A stretch of 64,000 bases of DNA, from NCBI GenBank assembly GCA_035519495.1, contig DATIWE010000065.1:31788-95787 (forward strand). Direction: 5' to 3'. This stretch comes from Actinomycetota bacterium (GTDB taxonomy: Bacteria > Actinomycetota > UBA4738 > HRBIN12). A program made the translations under genes and the position numbers. The notes below the pieces were generated by a model. The model did no database searches. It was given only the letters and a program-made list of their open reading frames with translations, and was not told the DNA's origin. Below, in pieces: positions 51,941-61,164 of this stretch; within the stretch, counting starts at the first letter, position 1; every line of letters begins with the position of its first letter.

Positions 51941-54330
51941 GCGACCTCCTCCTCCCGGCCGCCGCGGCCGCGTTCTGGGGCGGCCTCGTGCTCGCCGGCA
52001 CCGACCGCTGGGCGTCCTCGGTGCTGGTCGGCGCAGCGATCGTCGCGGGGCTCGGACTGCTCGCCGTCGCGGCCGCGTCGGCGCCGCATGCCGAGACGGG
52101 GCCGGGACCGCTGGAGACCGCGGCGCTCCTTCAGCCGGAACATCGGGTCGCTCGCGAGGTGGGGGCGCCGCGGATGGCTCCGGGGCGTCCGATCGCCGCG
52201 CTCGGGCTCGCGCTGTGCGGTGTGCTCGTCCTCGGCGCCGGCTGGGGAGCGCTCGCGGCCATCCGGGTGGACCGATCGTTCCTCGGACACCTCGCGCCGA
52301 TGCACGTGGCCGTCGAGGGCACGCTCCGGGAAGATCCCGTCGCCGGCACGATCGGCTGGCACGCACTCCTTGACGTCCGTCGCGTCACCTGGCGCGGTCG
52401 GTCGGTGGCGCTGCACGAACGTGTCTGGCTGTCGGGCGATGGCGACGTCCCGGACGCGGCGCGGTGGGACGCGGTCGCGGCCGAGGGCATCGTGCGAACG
52501 CCGGGCGACGGAGGGTTCGCCGACACGCTCCATCGGGACGGCATCGCGGTCGAGCTCGGTGCGGATCGGTTCCGCCGCACGGGTCCGGCGCCGTCGCGGC
52601 TGATCCGGTCCATGCAGAGCTTCCGTTCGTTCGCGGGACGCTCGATCGATCGGATCTTCCCGCCGCGGGAGGCGGGGCTCCTGCTGGGGCTCGCGCTTGG
52701 CGACGCCTCGCAACTCGATCCCGTGACCTCGCGCGGCTTCCAGGCGACCGGGCTCGGTCACCTGCTCGTCGTCTCGGGCGAGAACGTGGCGATGGTGCTC
52801 GCGCCGGTCATGGCGTTCGCCCTGTGGATCGGCCTGGCGCGGTGGGGCAGGTTCGCGCTCGGCATGCTCACGGTGCTGTCCTTCGTGGTGCTGACCGGCG
52901 CGGAGCCCTCGGTCATGCGCGCGGGCGTGATGGCGTCGCTGGCGATGCTCGGTGTCCTGGCCGGCCGGCCGCGTGCGACCGGCGCGGTTCTCGCCGCAGC
53001 GGTCCTGCTGCTGCTGATCCTCGATCCGTGGCTGGTCTGGTCGATCGGCTTCCAGCTCTCGGTCGCCGCGACCGCGGGGATGGTGTCGCTCGCGACGCCG
53101 ATCTCCGGACGCGTGTCCCGGTTCCTGCCGCGGCCGGTGGCGCTGGCCGCCTCCACCAGCATCGCGGCGCAGATCGCGGTGAGCCCGGTGCTCCTGTACC
53201 ACTTCCACGAGGTCCCGGGGATCACCGTCGTGGCGAACCTCCTGGCGTTCCCGGCGGTCTCCCCGGCGCTCCTGCTTGGGCTAGCCGCCGCCGTTGCCGG
53301 CATCGCGAGTCCCGGGCTGGGTCACCTCCTCGCGATCCCCGCGCAGGTGCCGATGCGCTACCTCGAGGAGGTCGCGACCAGGCTCGCGAAGGCGCCGGTC
53401 GGCTGGATCACGTCCGGCGGGGGGCCGATCGTCCTGGTCGTCGGGGCCACGGTCGTCCTCGGCCTCGCATGGTGGCTGCGCGCGGATCGCCGGCTCCCGA
53501 GGGCCGCCCTGCTCGCCGGCGTCGCGCTCGTCCCACTCGTCGTGTGGTCCTCCGCGATCGGGGCGGGGGCACCGTCGGGCCTGACGATCAGGTTCTTCGA
53601 CGTCGGGCAGGGGGACTCGGCCCTCGTGACCAGCCCGGCCGGAGCAACGATGCTGGTGGACGGTGGCCCGGACCAGGAGCAGGTCGCCACGTACCTGTCC
53701 GCGCTCGGCGTGAAACGGCTGGACGTGGTGGTCGCGAGCCACCCCCACGCCGATCACATCATCGGGCTGCCCGCCGTCCTGGCTCGGTTCCCGGTCGGGA
53801 CCTTCATGGATCCGGGGTGCCCGGACGACTCCGAGATCCAGACGGTGTTGGAGTACGCCGTCGCCGCCGAGCACATCCGCGAGGTGCATCCGCGGGTCGG
53901 CGATTCGTTCGACGTCGGCGACATCCACGTGGACGTGCTGTCGCCGGATCGCTGCTGGCAGGGCACGAACTCGGACCCGAACAACGACTCGATCGTGTTG
54001 CGGGTGCGCCTCGGGGACGACGTCGCGCTCCTGTCGATGGAGCCGGAGGCGGCGGCGCAGCAGGTACTGCTCGACGACGGCGTCGACCTCCACGCGGAGC
54101 TGCTCCACGTGCCGCACCACGGCGCGAAGACGTCCCTGCCGGCGTTCTTCCAGGCGGTCGGCGCGCGGGTCGCCGTCGTCTCGGTCGGCCCGAACGACTA
54201 CGGGCATCCGGTTCCGGCGACGCTCGCGGCCGTCGCCGCGACCGGCGCCCAGATCTGGCGGACCGACCAGCACGGCACGATCACCGTCACGTTCGGCCCG
54301 CAGGGACCGGTGGTAGCGTCGGACCGATGA
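51937..54330 (+). CDS. comEC: ComEC/Rec2 DNA internalization channel with C-terminal metallo-beta-lactamase domain
   Basis: GTG 51937 in the frame of ORF 50455..54330(+), with a GTGA overlap onto comEA. Polytopic core: ...FQATGLGHLLVVSGENVAMV... MBL motif: VVASHPHADH. Confidence 0.9.
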   Translation: MSDLLLPAAAAAFWGGLVLAGTDRWASSVLVGAAIVAGLGLLAVAAASAPHAETGPGPLETAALLQPEHRVAREVGAPRMAPGRPIAALGLALCGVLVLGAGWGALAAIRVDRSFLGHLAPMHVAVEGTLREDPVAGTIGWHALLDVRRVTWRGRSVALHERVWLSGDGDVPDAARWDAVAAEGIVRTPGDGGFADTLHRDGIAVELGADRFRRTGPAPSRLIRSMQSFRSFAGRSIDRIFPPREAGLLLGLALGDASQLDPVTSRGFQATGLGHLLVVSGENVAMVLAPVMAFALWIGLARWGRFALGMLTVLSFVVLTGAEPSVMRAGVMASLAMLGVLAGRPRATGAVLAAAVLLLLILDPWLVWSIGFQLSVAATAGMVSLATPISGRVSRFLPRPVALAASTSIAAQIAVSPVLLYHFHEVPGITVVANLLAFPAVSPALLLGLAAAVAGIASPGLGHLLAIPAQVPMRYLEEVATRLAKAPVGWITSGGGPIVLVVGATVVLGLAWWLRADRRLPRAALLAGVALVPLVVWSSAIGAGAPSGLTIRFFDVGQGDSALVTSPAGATMLVDGGPDQEQVATYLSALGVKRLDVVVASHPHADHIIGLPAVLARFPVGTFMDPGCPDDSEIQTVLEYAVAAEHIREVHPRVGDSFDVGDIHVDVLSPDRCWQGTNSDPNNDSIVLRVRLGDDVALLSMEPEAAAQQVLLDDGVDLHAELLHVPHHGAKTSLPAFFQAVGARVAVVSVGPNDYGHPVPATLAAVAATGAQIWRTDQHGTITVTFGPQGPVVASDR

Positions 54331-55262
54331 CCGCGACCCGGCCCCCCGTCGTCCTGTTCTGGGGTGAGGACCCCTACCTGCTGCGCGAGGCCGCGCACGA
54401 TGCGTTGACCGGCTTCGACGTGACCGAGGTCGACGGCGGCGAGTGGCAGGGCACGGAGTTGCACCACCTCGCGACGCCTCCCCTGTTCGGTGACCCCCGG
54501 GCGCTGCTGGTGACCGACGCGCGCGCGCTGCCGAAGGAGGCGATGGGGGACCTGGCCGGCTACCTCGCCGCTCCCGACGCCGACGCGGCGCTCGTCGTGT
54601 GCTGCACCGTGGCTGAGCGGGGGAAGCCGCCGGCCGCGCTCCTGAAGCTGATCGAGCCGGTCGGCGAGATCCGCCAGCTCCAGCTCGGCCGCAAGGACCT
54701 CGAACCTTGGATCCTCACCAGGGCGAAGGAGGCCGGCGCGGATCTGACACCGCCGGCGGCGCGCGCGATCGTCGAGATCCTCGGCAGTGATGCCGCGCAG
54801 CTCGACGCGGCCGTCCGGCAGCTGGCGTCGGCCTTCCCGACCGGGACCCGCCTCGGGCCGGGGGAGATCCACCGGCAGTTCCGAGGGCTGGGGGAGCAGA
54901 AGACCTGGGATCTGTGCGACAAGGCGTTCGGCAAAGACCTGGCGGGCGCGGTGCGCGCCCTGCGCTCGATGGAAGAGAGCGGCGACGAAGCGCTGATGGT
55001 GCTCGGCGGCATCGCCAGCCGGCTCCGCGATCTGATCAAGGTGCGCGCGTTGCCCGACCGGATGCCGCAGGCGCAGGTGGCGAAGCAGGCCGGGCTCCGG
55101 TTCGACTGGCAGGTCCGCCGCTACCGGCAGCAGGCTCGGAACTTCACGCTGCCGCAGCTGGTCGAGATCCACGAGCGCGTCACGGACGCCGACCGGGCCC
55201 TGAAGTCGGGCGCCTCCGGTGACGTCGTGATGCCCGCGCTGATCGCCGCCATCGCGGCGTGA
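54327..55262 (+). CDS. holA: DNA polymerase III subunit delta
   Basis: ATG 54327 in the frame of ORF 52464..55262(+), with an ATGA overlap onto comEC. Sequence: MTATRPPVVLFWGEDPYLLREAA... Length (311 aa) and the comEC-holA-rpsT synteny fit holA. Confidence 0.85.
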   Translation: MTATRPPVVLFWGEDPYLLREAAHDALTGFDVTEVDGGEWQGTELHHLATPPLFGDPRALLVTDARALPKEAMGDLAGYLAAPDADAALVVCCTVAERGKPPAALLKLIEPVGEIRQLQLGRKDLEPWILTRAKEAGADLTPPAARAIVEILGSDAAQLDAAVRQLASAFPTGTRLGPGEIHRQFRGLGEQKTWDLCDKAFGKDLAGAVRALRSMEESGDEALMVLGGIASRLRDLIKVRALPDRMPQAQVAKQAGLRFDWQVRRYRQQARNFTLPQLVEIHERVTDADRALKSGASGDVVMPALIAAIAA

Positions 55263-55529
55263 CTACGCGGGGATCTTGTTGACGGACTTGGCCAGCCGGC
55301 TCTTCTTGCGCGCGACCGTCCGCTTGTGGAGGACGCCCTTGCTGGCCGCCTTGTCCAACGACCGCGCGGCCTCGCGCTGGGAGATCGTGGCCGCTTCGGC
55401 GTCGCCCTCGGCCACCGCGACCTGCACCTTCTTCGTGGAGGTCTTGAGCGACGTCTTGACGGCACGATTGCGCTCGTGCCGCTTCTCGTTCTGCCGGTTC
55501 CGTTTGATCTGTGACTTGATGTTCGCCAT
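55263..55529 (-). CDS. rpsT: 30S ribosomal protein S20
   Basis: Last 88 codons of ORF 55263..56651(-): [30 protein letters not shown]... Confidence 0.96.
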   Translation of the reverse strand: MANIKSQIKRNRQNEKRHERNRAVKTSLKTSTKKVQVAVAEGDAEAATISQREAARSLDKAASKGVLHKRTVARKKSRLAKSVNKIPA

Positions 55530-55540
55530 GAGGAACCGGG

Positions 55541-55546
55541 AGTCTA
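55541..55546 (-). promoter_or_regulatory. Putative -10 box (TAGACT) of rpsT promoter (very short leader)
   Basis: Plus-strand agtcta is TAGACT on the minus strand, 11 nt upstream of ATG 55529. Confidence 0.35.
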
Positions 55547-55555
55547 CCAGTGGCT

Positions 55556-55957
55556 TCAGGCGGCTTCCGCGGGCGGCGTCGGCGCGGACCGCCAGGGCCA
55601 CCGTCCGTTGATCTCCACGAACAGCGACCAGGACAGGAACGTCCGGATCACGACGAGGATCCCCAGGAGGAGCGTGTTCGAGAGCGTCCGCTCCAGGGTG
55701 ACCGTCTGGATCACATCGGCCGCGATCAGCAGTTCGAGGCCGAGGAGGACGCCGTTGGCGATCGTGCGCTTCGCCTCGGCCGAGGCGGCCCACGCTCCGG
55801 AGCCGAGCGTGCGGATCCCCGCAACGATCGCGAGGAGCACCGAGACGATGATGACGGCGACGGCGAGCACCTCTAGGAGCGACACCGCGTCTTCGATGAG
55901 CCGGAAGAGCGTGGTCCCGGACGTGATCGCCACCATCGCGTAGATCGGCGCGTGCAT
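55556..55957 (-). CDS. DUF1622-family membrane protein
   Basis: ORF 55556..55957(-), 133 aa: ...[18 protein letters not shown]... pattern, with 3-4 TM helices. Confidence 0.7.
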   Translation of the reverse strand: MHAPIYAMVAITSGTTLFRLIEDAVSLLEVLAVAVIIVSVLLAIVAGIRTLGSGAWAASAEAKRTIANGVLLGLELLIAADVIQTVTLERTLSNTLLLGILVVIRTFLSWSLFVEINGRWPWRSAPTPPAEAA

Positions 55958-55966
55958 CGGCGCCCG

Positions 55967-55972
55967 AGTCTA
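55967..55972 (-). promoter_or_regulatory. Putative -10 box (TAGACT) of leaderless DUF1622 gene promoter
   Basis: Plus-strand agtcta is TAGACT on the minus strand, 9 nt upstream of ATG 55957. Confidence 0.4.
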
Positions 55973-55981
55973 GCGGGCCCG

Positions 55982-55987
55982 TACCAT
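55982..55987 (+). promoter_or_regulatory. Putative -10 box (TACCAT) of leaderless lepA promoter
   Basis: TACCAT lies 8 nt upstream of GTG 55996. It is back-to-back with the previous box in a 38-nt spacer. Confidence 0.4.
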
Positions 55988-55995
55988 GGTCTCCG

Positions 55996-57801
55996 GTGGT
56001 CACCGACATCTCCCGCATCCGGAACTTCTGCATCGTGGCGCACATCGACCACGGGAAGTCGACGCTCGCCGATCGGATGCTCGAGCTCACCCACACGGTG
56101 GACCAGCGGCTGATGCGGGCCCAGTACCTCGACCGGATGGATCTCGAACGCGAGCGGGGCATCACGATCAAGGCGCAGGCGGTCCGGCTGTTGCATGAGG
56201 GACACGAACTGAACCTCATCGACACCCCGGGGCACGTGGACTTCACGTACGAGGTCTCGCGCTCCCTCGCCGCCTGCGAAGGGGCGATCCTCCTGGTGGA
56301 CGCGGCCCAGGGCTTGGAGGCCCAGACGCTCGCGAACTTCCACCTCGCCCGCGACGCCGGCCTGGTGATCGTCCCGGTGCTGAACAAGATCGACCTGCCG
56401 GCGGCGGAGCCGGCGCAGCGGGCCGAGGAGCTGGCGCACCTGCTGGACCGGGAGCCCGAGGACATCCTGCTCGTGTCGGCGAAGACGGGCGAGGGCGTGC
56501 CCGAGCTGCTGAAGGCGGTGATCGAGCAGGTGCCGCATCCGGAGGGCGATGCCGACGCCCGGCTCCGCGCCCTGATCTTCGACTCGGCGTTCGACATGTA
56601 CCGGGGCGTGATCACGTACGTCCGCGTCCACGAAGGGACGCTGCCGAGCAACGCGAAGATCCGGATGTTCGCAACCGGGGTGACCTCCGACGCGGAGGAG
56701 ACGGGGGTGATGGCGCCGGAGGCGACGCCGGTCGGATCCCTCGGTGCCGGCGAGGTCGGCTACCTCGTCACCGGGCTGAAGGACGTCCACCAGGCGAAGG
56801 TCGGCGACACGATCACGCTCGCGGGCAAGCTCGCCGCGACCGAGCCGCTCCCCGGCTACCGCGAGCCCAAGCCGATGGTCTGGTCGGGACTGTATCCGGC
56901 CGACGGTAACGACTACCCGGTCCTGCGTGATGCCCTCGACAAGCTGAAGCTCTCGGACTCGGCGCTCGTGTACGAACCCGAGACCTCGATGGCCCTCGGG
57001 TTCGGGTTCCGGGTCGGGTTCCTGGGCCTGTTGCACATGGACATCGTGCGCGAGCGGCTCGAGCGGGAGTTCGGTCTCGAGCTGATCTCGACGGCGCCGA
57101 ACGTCGAGTTCCACGTCTTCAAGGGCGACCGCGAGATCGTTGTGCACAACCCGGCCGAGATGCCGCCGGGCGGGGACCACGACCGCGTGGAGGAACCCGT
57201 CGTGTACGCGACGATCATCACGCCGGTGGAGTACCTCGGCGCCGTGTTCGAGCTGTGTCAGTCGCGCCGCGGCGAGACGGTCGACATGAGTTACCTCACG
57301 CCCGAGCGCGTCGAGGTCCACTACGTCCTGCCGCTCGCCGAGATCGTGTTCGATTTCTTCGATCTGCTGAAATCGCGGACGCGGGGGTTCGCCAGTCTCG
57401 ACTACGAGCCGTGGGGGTTCCAGGAGGCGAAACTCGTGCGTGTCGACATCCTGCTGCACGGTGAGCCGGTCGACGCGTTCTCCTCCGTCGTGCATCGGGA
57501 GAAGGCGTACGTGTACGGCAAGCAGATGGTAGAGCGGCTCAAGGAGCTGATCCCGCGGCAGCTCTTCGACGTCGCCGTGCAGGCGTCGATCGGCTCGAAG
57601 GTGATCGCGCGCGAGACCGTGAAGGCCAAGCGCAAGGACGTGCTGGCGAAGTGCTACGGCGGCGACATCACCCGTAAGCGAAAGCTCCTCGAGACCCAGA
57701 AGAAGGGGAAGGAGCGGATGCGGCGCGTCGGCAAGGTCGACGTCCCTCAGGAGGCGTTCATCGCCGCGCTCCGGGTGGACGAGGGCGGGAAGAGGCGATG
57801 A
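55996..57801 (+). CDS. lepA: Translation elongation factor 4 (LepA)
   Basis: ORF 55996..57801(+), 601 aa: [33 protein letters not shown], and the LepA C-terminal domain. Confidence 0.97.
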   Translation: MVTDISRIRNFCIVAHIDHGKSTLADRMLELTHTVDQRLMRAQYLDRMDLERERGITIKAQAVRLLHEGHELNLIDTPGHVDFTYEVSRSLAACEGAILLVDAAQGLEAQTLANFHLARDAGLVIVPVLNKIDLPAAEPAQRAEELAHLLDREPEDILLVSAKTGEGVPELLKAVIEQVPHPEGDADARLRALIFDSAFDMYRGVITYVRVHEGTLPSNAKIRMFATGVTSDAEETGVMAPEATPVGSLGAGEVGYLVTGLKDVHQAKVGDTITLAGKLAATEPLPGYREPKPMVWSGLYPADGNDYPVLRDALDKLKLSDSALVYEPETSMALGFGFRVGFLGLLHMDIVRERLEREFGLELISTAPNVEFHVFKGDREIVVHNPAEMPPGGDHDRVEEPVVYATIITPVEYLGAVFELCQSRRGETVDMSYLTPERVEVHYVLPLAEIVFDFFDLLKSRTRGFASLDYEPWGFQEAKLVRVDILLHGEPVDAFSSVVHREKAYVYGKQMVERLKELIPRQLFDVAVQASIGSKVIARETVKAKRKDVLAKCYGGDITRKRKLLETQKKGKERMRRVGKVDVPQEAFIAALRVDEGGKRR

Positions 57802-58904
57802 GCGACCCGGCCGGGATCTACGTCCACATCCCGTTCTGCCTCACGCGCTGCGGGTATTGCGACTTCAACGCGTACGCGGGGCTCGACGGCTTGAAGCCGC
57901 GCTACCTGGCCGCGCTGCTCCGCGAGGCCGAACTGGCCGGCCCCGGCTGGGCCGGCACATCGTTCGGCAGCGTCTTCCTGGGCGGCGGAACGCCGACGAC
58001 GATCGAGCCCGCGGACCTGCGAGCCCTCCTCGGCCGGTTGCGCGAGGTGTTCGACGTGGCCGCCGACGCCGAGGTCACGATCGAGGCGAACCCCGACACC
58101 GTGACCGAGGCGTCCCTCGCGGCGATGCTCGAGGCCGGGTTCGACCGGCTGTCGATCGGCGCGCAGTCGTTCGATCCGAGCGTCCTCGCGGCCCTCGAGC
58201 GGGTGCATCAGCCGGCGTCGGTCCGCGCCGCCGTCCTCGCCGCGCGTCGCGCCGGCTACCGGAACGTGAGCCTCGATCTGATCTACGGCGCGCGGGGCGA
58301 GACGATCGAGTCCTGGACGCACACGCTCGAGCAGACGCTCACGCTGTCGCCGGAACATCTGTCCGCCTACGCCCTGACGATCGAGCCGGCGACGGCGCTC
58401 GGCAGGAGGGTCGCCGCCGGCGAGGTTCCGGCCCCGGATCCCGACCTGCAGGCCGACATGTTCATGCGGGCCTGCGAGCTGTTGCACGACGCCGGCTACG
58501 GCCATTACGAGGTCTCCAACTGGGCCCGACCGGGCTTCGAGTGTCGCCACAACCTCGGGTACTGGGAGCGCCGGCCCTACGTGGGACTCGGGGCGGGGGC
58601 GCACGCCTACCGCGACGACGTCCGGTGGTGGAACGTCCGTCCGCCGGAGACCTACCTCGAGCGGGTGGAGGCGGGCGAGTTGCCGATCGGCGGCTCCGAG
58701 TCGCTCGACCCCTCGGACGCGTACCTGGAGGAGGTGTTCCTCCGGCTGCGGATCTTGGAGGGCGTCCCGACGAGCTGGTTCGACGAGGCGCGGTACGAGC
58801 CGTTCGTCGCGAGCGGTCTCCTGCGGGACGACCTCGGCCGGCTCGTGCCGACCGAGCGCGGGTTGCTCCTGCTGAACGAGCTTGTCCTCGGTCTGACCGC
58901 CTAG
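57798..58904 (+). CDS. hemW: Radical SAM heme chaperone HemW (HemN-like)
   Basis: ORF 57798..58904(+), 368 aa, with an ATGA overlap onto lepA. The sequence [18 protein letters not shown] carries the CxxxCxxC radical-SAM motif. Confidence 0.9.
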   Translation: MSDPAGIYVHIPFCLTRCGYCDFNAYAGLDGLKPRYLAALLREAELAGPGWAGTSFGSVFLGGGTPTTIEPADLRALLGRLREVFDVAADAEVTIEANPDTVTEASLAAMLEAGFDRLSIGAQSFDPSVLAALERVHQPASVRAAVLAARRAGYRNVSLDLIYGARGETIESWTHTLEQTLTLSPEHLSAYALTIEPATALGRRVAAGEVPAPDPDLQADMFMRACELLHDAGYGHYEVSNWARPGFECRHNLGYWERRPYVGLGAGAHAYRDDVRWWNVRPPETYLERVEAGELPIGGSESLDPSDAYLEEVFLRLRILEGVPTSWFDEARYEPFVASGLLRDDLGRLVPTERGLLLLNELVLGLTA

Positions 58905-59851
58905 GGCTGCGGCGTCGCCGACGCCGTCTGCGCCGGGCTGTCGGGGCTCGGCGTCCCGGCGAACACCGGCACGCCGCACATCTCATTGCCCGGCAACGGG
59001 GCATCCGCGAGCGGCATCGTCGCGTGGGTCGCGTCCACGACGGTCGCGGTGGTCCCTCGGAGCACGAGCACGGTCGAGCGCACGGCGGCGTTCGCGCCGA
59101 GCTTGTCTCCGTCGTCCACGACCAACGTGCGCGAGCCGTCCGGCAGCGCGCCGCAGCGTGCGTCGTCGAACCGCCCGACGACATCGACCCACGCGAACTG
59201 CATGGGATCGTAGGCCCGCGGATCGACCCGGATGAAGCCGAGCCCCTGCGGGTCGGCGACGCTGATGGACCGGATCGACGGGTCGGCGCCGCCGGTCACC
59301 GCGTACAGGCTGATGCCGTAACCATCGGCGCCGGCGTTCGACACGGCGACCTCGCTCGTCCCGTCGCCGTTCACGTCGGGTGCGGCCCACGCCTTGCAGC
59401 CGTAGGAGCAGTCGCCGAACGGCCCGGCCGACGCGTCCGCCCGGCCGTCGCCGTTGACATCGACCGCGACCACGGTGTCCCCGTCCTTCGGGCAGGGGCC
59501 GTCGTCCGCCTTCGTCGCGACGTAGGCGAACCCGTGGGTCCCGTCGACCGTGATCGGGACCGACGTCACATCGCACGTCGGGAACCCCAACCGCAGGGGC
59601 GGCGCTGCCTGGGGAACCGTGCTGCTCGGGCTCCCGCCGGGCTCGATCGTGGCCGTGGTCCGCGCCTGCACGACCACGAACGCCCCGAACGCCACCGCCG
59701 TCACCACGAGCGCGACGGCGCCGGCCTGGATCCGTCGGGCGGCGGCACGCCGCGCCCGGCGGCGCACGACGTCGTCGACGAGCGCGCCCACATCGGGCGC
59801 CGCCGGCCGCGCCGCTCGTTCGAGCTCCCGCTCCAGCCGTTCGTCGATCAT
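58901..59851 (-). CDS. Single-pass membrane protein with FG-GAP/VCBS-like Ca-binding repeats (candidate anti-sigma factor)
   Basis: Last 316 codons of ORF 58901..60424(-), starting MIDERLE 5 nt after the ECF sigma stop. Layout: 44-aa cytoplasmic head, TM (AVALVVTAVAFGAFVVV), then an ectodomain with DVNGDGRAD and DVNGDGTSE repeats. No HxxxCxxC (ZAS) motif is present. Confidence 0.65.
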   Translation of the reverse strand: MIDERLERELERAARPAAPDVGALVDDVVRRRARRAAARRIQAGAVALVVTAVAFGAFVVVQARTTATIEPGGSPSSTVPQAAPPLRLGFPTCDVTSVPITVDGTHGFAYVATKADDGPCPKDGDTVVAVDVNGDGRADASAGPFGDCSYGCKAWAAPDVNGDGTSEVAVSNAGADGYGISLYAVTGGADPSIRSISVADPQGLGFIRVDPRAYDPMQFAWVDVVGRFDDARCGALPDGSRTLVVDDGDKLGANAAVRSTVLVLRGTTATVVDATHATMPLADAPLPGNEMCGVPVFAGTPSPDSPAQTASATPQP

Positions 59852-59856
59852 CGTCG

Positions 59857-60375
59857 TCACTCCTCTTCCTCGCCGAGGGCGACCGCCATGGCGTGCCTGC
59901 CTCGGAACAGCGTCGATTTGACGGTCCCCTCGGTGACCCGGAGCGCCCGAGCGATCTCCAGGACCGGCAGCCCGAGGTAGTAGTGCAGGACGATCACCTC
60001 GCGCTGCCGTCGCGGGAGCCGCGCGAGCGCCCGTCGCACGTCCAGTCGGTCCTCGGCGGACGCGGGTGGCTCGGTCTGGGCGTCGATCCGCTCCCGCGCT
60101 CGCGCCTCGGCGCGGATCCGCCGGAGCCGGCTCCGGGACAGGTTGAGGGCGACGTGGGTGACCCACGCCGGCAGGGAGTCGATCGGGTCGCCGCGATCGG
60201 CCCGCTCCCACGCGCGGGAGAGGGCTTCGGCCACCGCGTCCTCGGCCGCGGCACGGTTGCCGGCCACGAGCGCGACGGCGGCGACGATCCTCGGGAACGG
60301 CCCGCCGAGGAACTCGCGGATCGCGGCCTCGTCGAGGACCGGCGCGCCCTGCTCGCTCACGAGCGTCTGCTCCAT
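59857..60375 (-). CDS. ECF-type RNA polymerase sigma factor
   Basis: Last 172 codons of ORF 59857..61641(-). Region 2: AAEDAVAEALSRAWER...AWVTHVALNLSRSRLRR. Region 4: LPRRQREVIVLHYYLGLPVLEIARALRVTEGTVKSTLFRGR. Confidence 0.88.
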   Translation of the reverse strand: MEQTLVSEQGAPVLDEAAIREFLGGPFPRIVAAVALVAGNRAAAEDAVAEALSRAWERADRGDPIDSLPAWVTHVALNLSRSRLRRIRAEARARERIDAQTEPPASAEDRLDVRRALARLPRRQREVIVLHYYLGLPVLEIARALRVTEGTVKSTLFRGRHAMAVALGEEEE

Positions 60376-60381
60376 GCTCTG

Positions 60382-60410
60382 AAGACGCACGAAGCTTGGC
60401 ACGGGTTGCC
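60382..60410 (-). promoter_or_regulatory. Putative ECF-type autoregulated promoter GGCAAC-N17-CGTCTT
   Basis: The minus strand reads GGCAAC (60405-60410), a 17-nt spacer, then CGTCTT (60382-60387), 6 nt before ATG 60375. It resembles the GGAAC-N16/17-CGTT class of ECF promoters. Confidence 0.3.
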
Positions 60411-60433
60411 CTCCGGACGGACATCGGCCCCGG

Positions 60434-60439
60434 TATCGT
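60434..60439 (+). promoter_or_regulatory. Putative -10 box (TATCGT) of leaderless zinc-ribbon protein promoter
   Basis: TATCGT lies 8 nt upstream of ATG 60448. Confidence 0.4.
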
Positions 60440-60447
60440 GAGCGCCG

Positions 60448-61104
60448 ATGTCCGAGGTCACGTGTCCCCGGTGCACGACCCGGCAGCCCATCGGCGCCCA
60501 CGCCCAGGGGTACACGTGCATCGAGTGCGGGACCGAGTGGGTCTTCGCGACGTGCGATCGGTGTGGGGACCGGTTCCACATGCACCCGGGGACCCAGGGT
60601 TGGACGTGCCCGACCTGCGGCACGGCGCACGGCTCGGTGCCGGCCGCTCCGACCCGGGCGGCGCCTGCCGCCGGGACCGCCGAGCCGGCGAGCGCCGCCG
60701 CGGCGCCGGGCCCCGGAGCGACCGGGCGACGGTCGCAACCGCCGATGGGGCCGATCCTCGCGGTCGCGGGGATCCTGCTCGTGGTCGCGGTCGCGGTCCT
60801 GCTGACGCGCGGGGGCGGCGGCGGTGGCTCGGGCACCCCGAGCGCTTCGGGCGACCCGGTCACGGCGCTCTGCGTCGACCTCCGGGACCTGCAGACGCCG
60901 CGCGTCGATGCCCTCTCTCGGGTGTTGCGGTCGCTGCCGGCGCACGCGGACGCGATCGCCGCGGCAGGGAACGAGACGCTCGCGGCGAACGTCCGGGCGC
61001 TCGAGCCCGCGGTGAAGGCGTACCGAGATGCCCTGGAAACGCAGGCGGATGACACGGCGGCGCTCCAGCAGATGGGAGCCGCGCTCGCGGAGCTCCCGTG
61101 CTGA
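60448..61104 (+). CDS. Double zinc-ribbon, single-pass membrane protein with helical ectodomain
   Basis: ORF 60448..61104(+), 218 aa. Zinc ribbons: CPRC...CIEC and CDRC...CPTC. Pro/Ala linker, then TM ILAVAGILLVVAVAVLL, then an Ala/Leu-rich domain bracketed by Cys. Confidence 0.65.
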   Translation: MSEVTCPRCTTRQPIGAHAQGYTCIECGTEWVFATCDRCGDRFHMHPGTQGWTCPTCGTAHGSVPAAPTRAAPAAGTAEPASAAAAPGPGATGRRSQPPMGPILAVAGILLVVAVAVLLTRGGGGGGSGTPSASGDPVTALCVDLRDLQTPRVDALSRVLRSLPAHADAIAAAGNETLAANVRALEPAVKAYRDALETQADDTAALQQMGAALAELPC

Positions 61105-61124
61105 GGGAACGCACTGCGGAGCGA

Positions 61125-61151
61125 TTAGCACTCTGTCGGCAAGAGTGCCAG
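61125..61151 (+). promoter_or_regulatory. CIRCE operator (HrcA binding site)
   Basis: TTAGCACTC-tgtcggcaa-GAGTGCCAG compared with the consensus TTAGCACTC-N9-GAGTGCTAA: the left arm is perfect and the right arm matches 7/9. It lies immediately upstream of the hrcA -10 box. Confidence 0.85.
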
Positions 61152-61152
61152 C

Positions 61153-61158
61153 TATCAT
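61153..61158 (+). promoter_or_regulatory. Putative -10 box (TATCAT) of leaderless hrcA promoter
   Basis: TATCAT lies 6 nt upstream of ATG 61165 and 1 nt after the CIRCE right arm. Confidence 0.45.
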
Positions 61159-61164
61159 CCAGGG

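Noticed and set aside
51205-53208. Upstream extension of the MOSC ORF (927 aa) and upstream parts of ORFs 50455..54330(+) and 52464..55262(+)
   Set aside because: Only the C-terminal portions match the MOSC, ComEC and HolA families. The extensions overlap other real genes and are R/G/P-rich. The internal starts are supported by -10 boxes or by ATGA/GTGA coupling.
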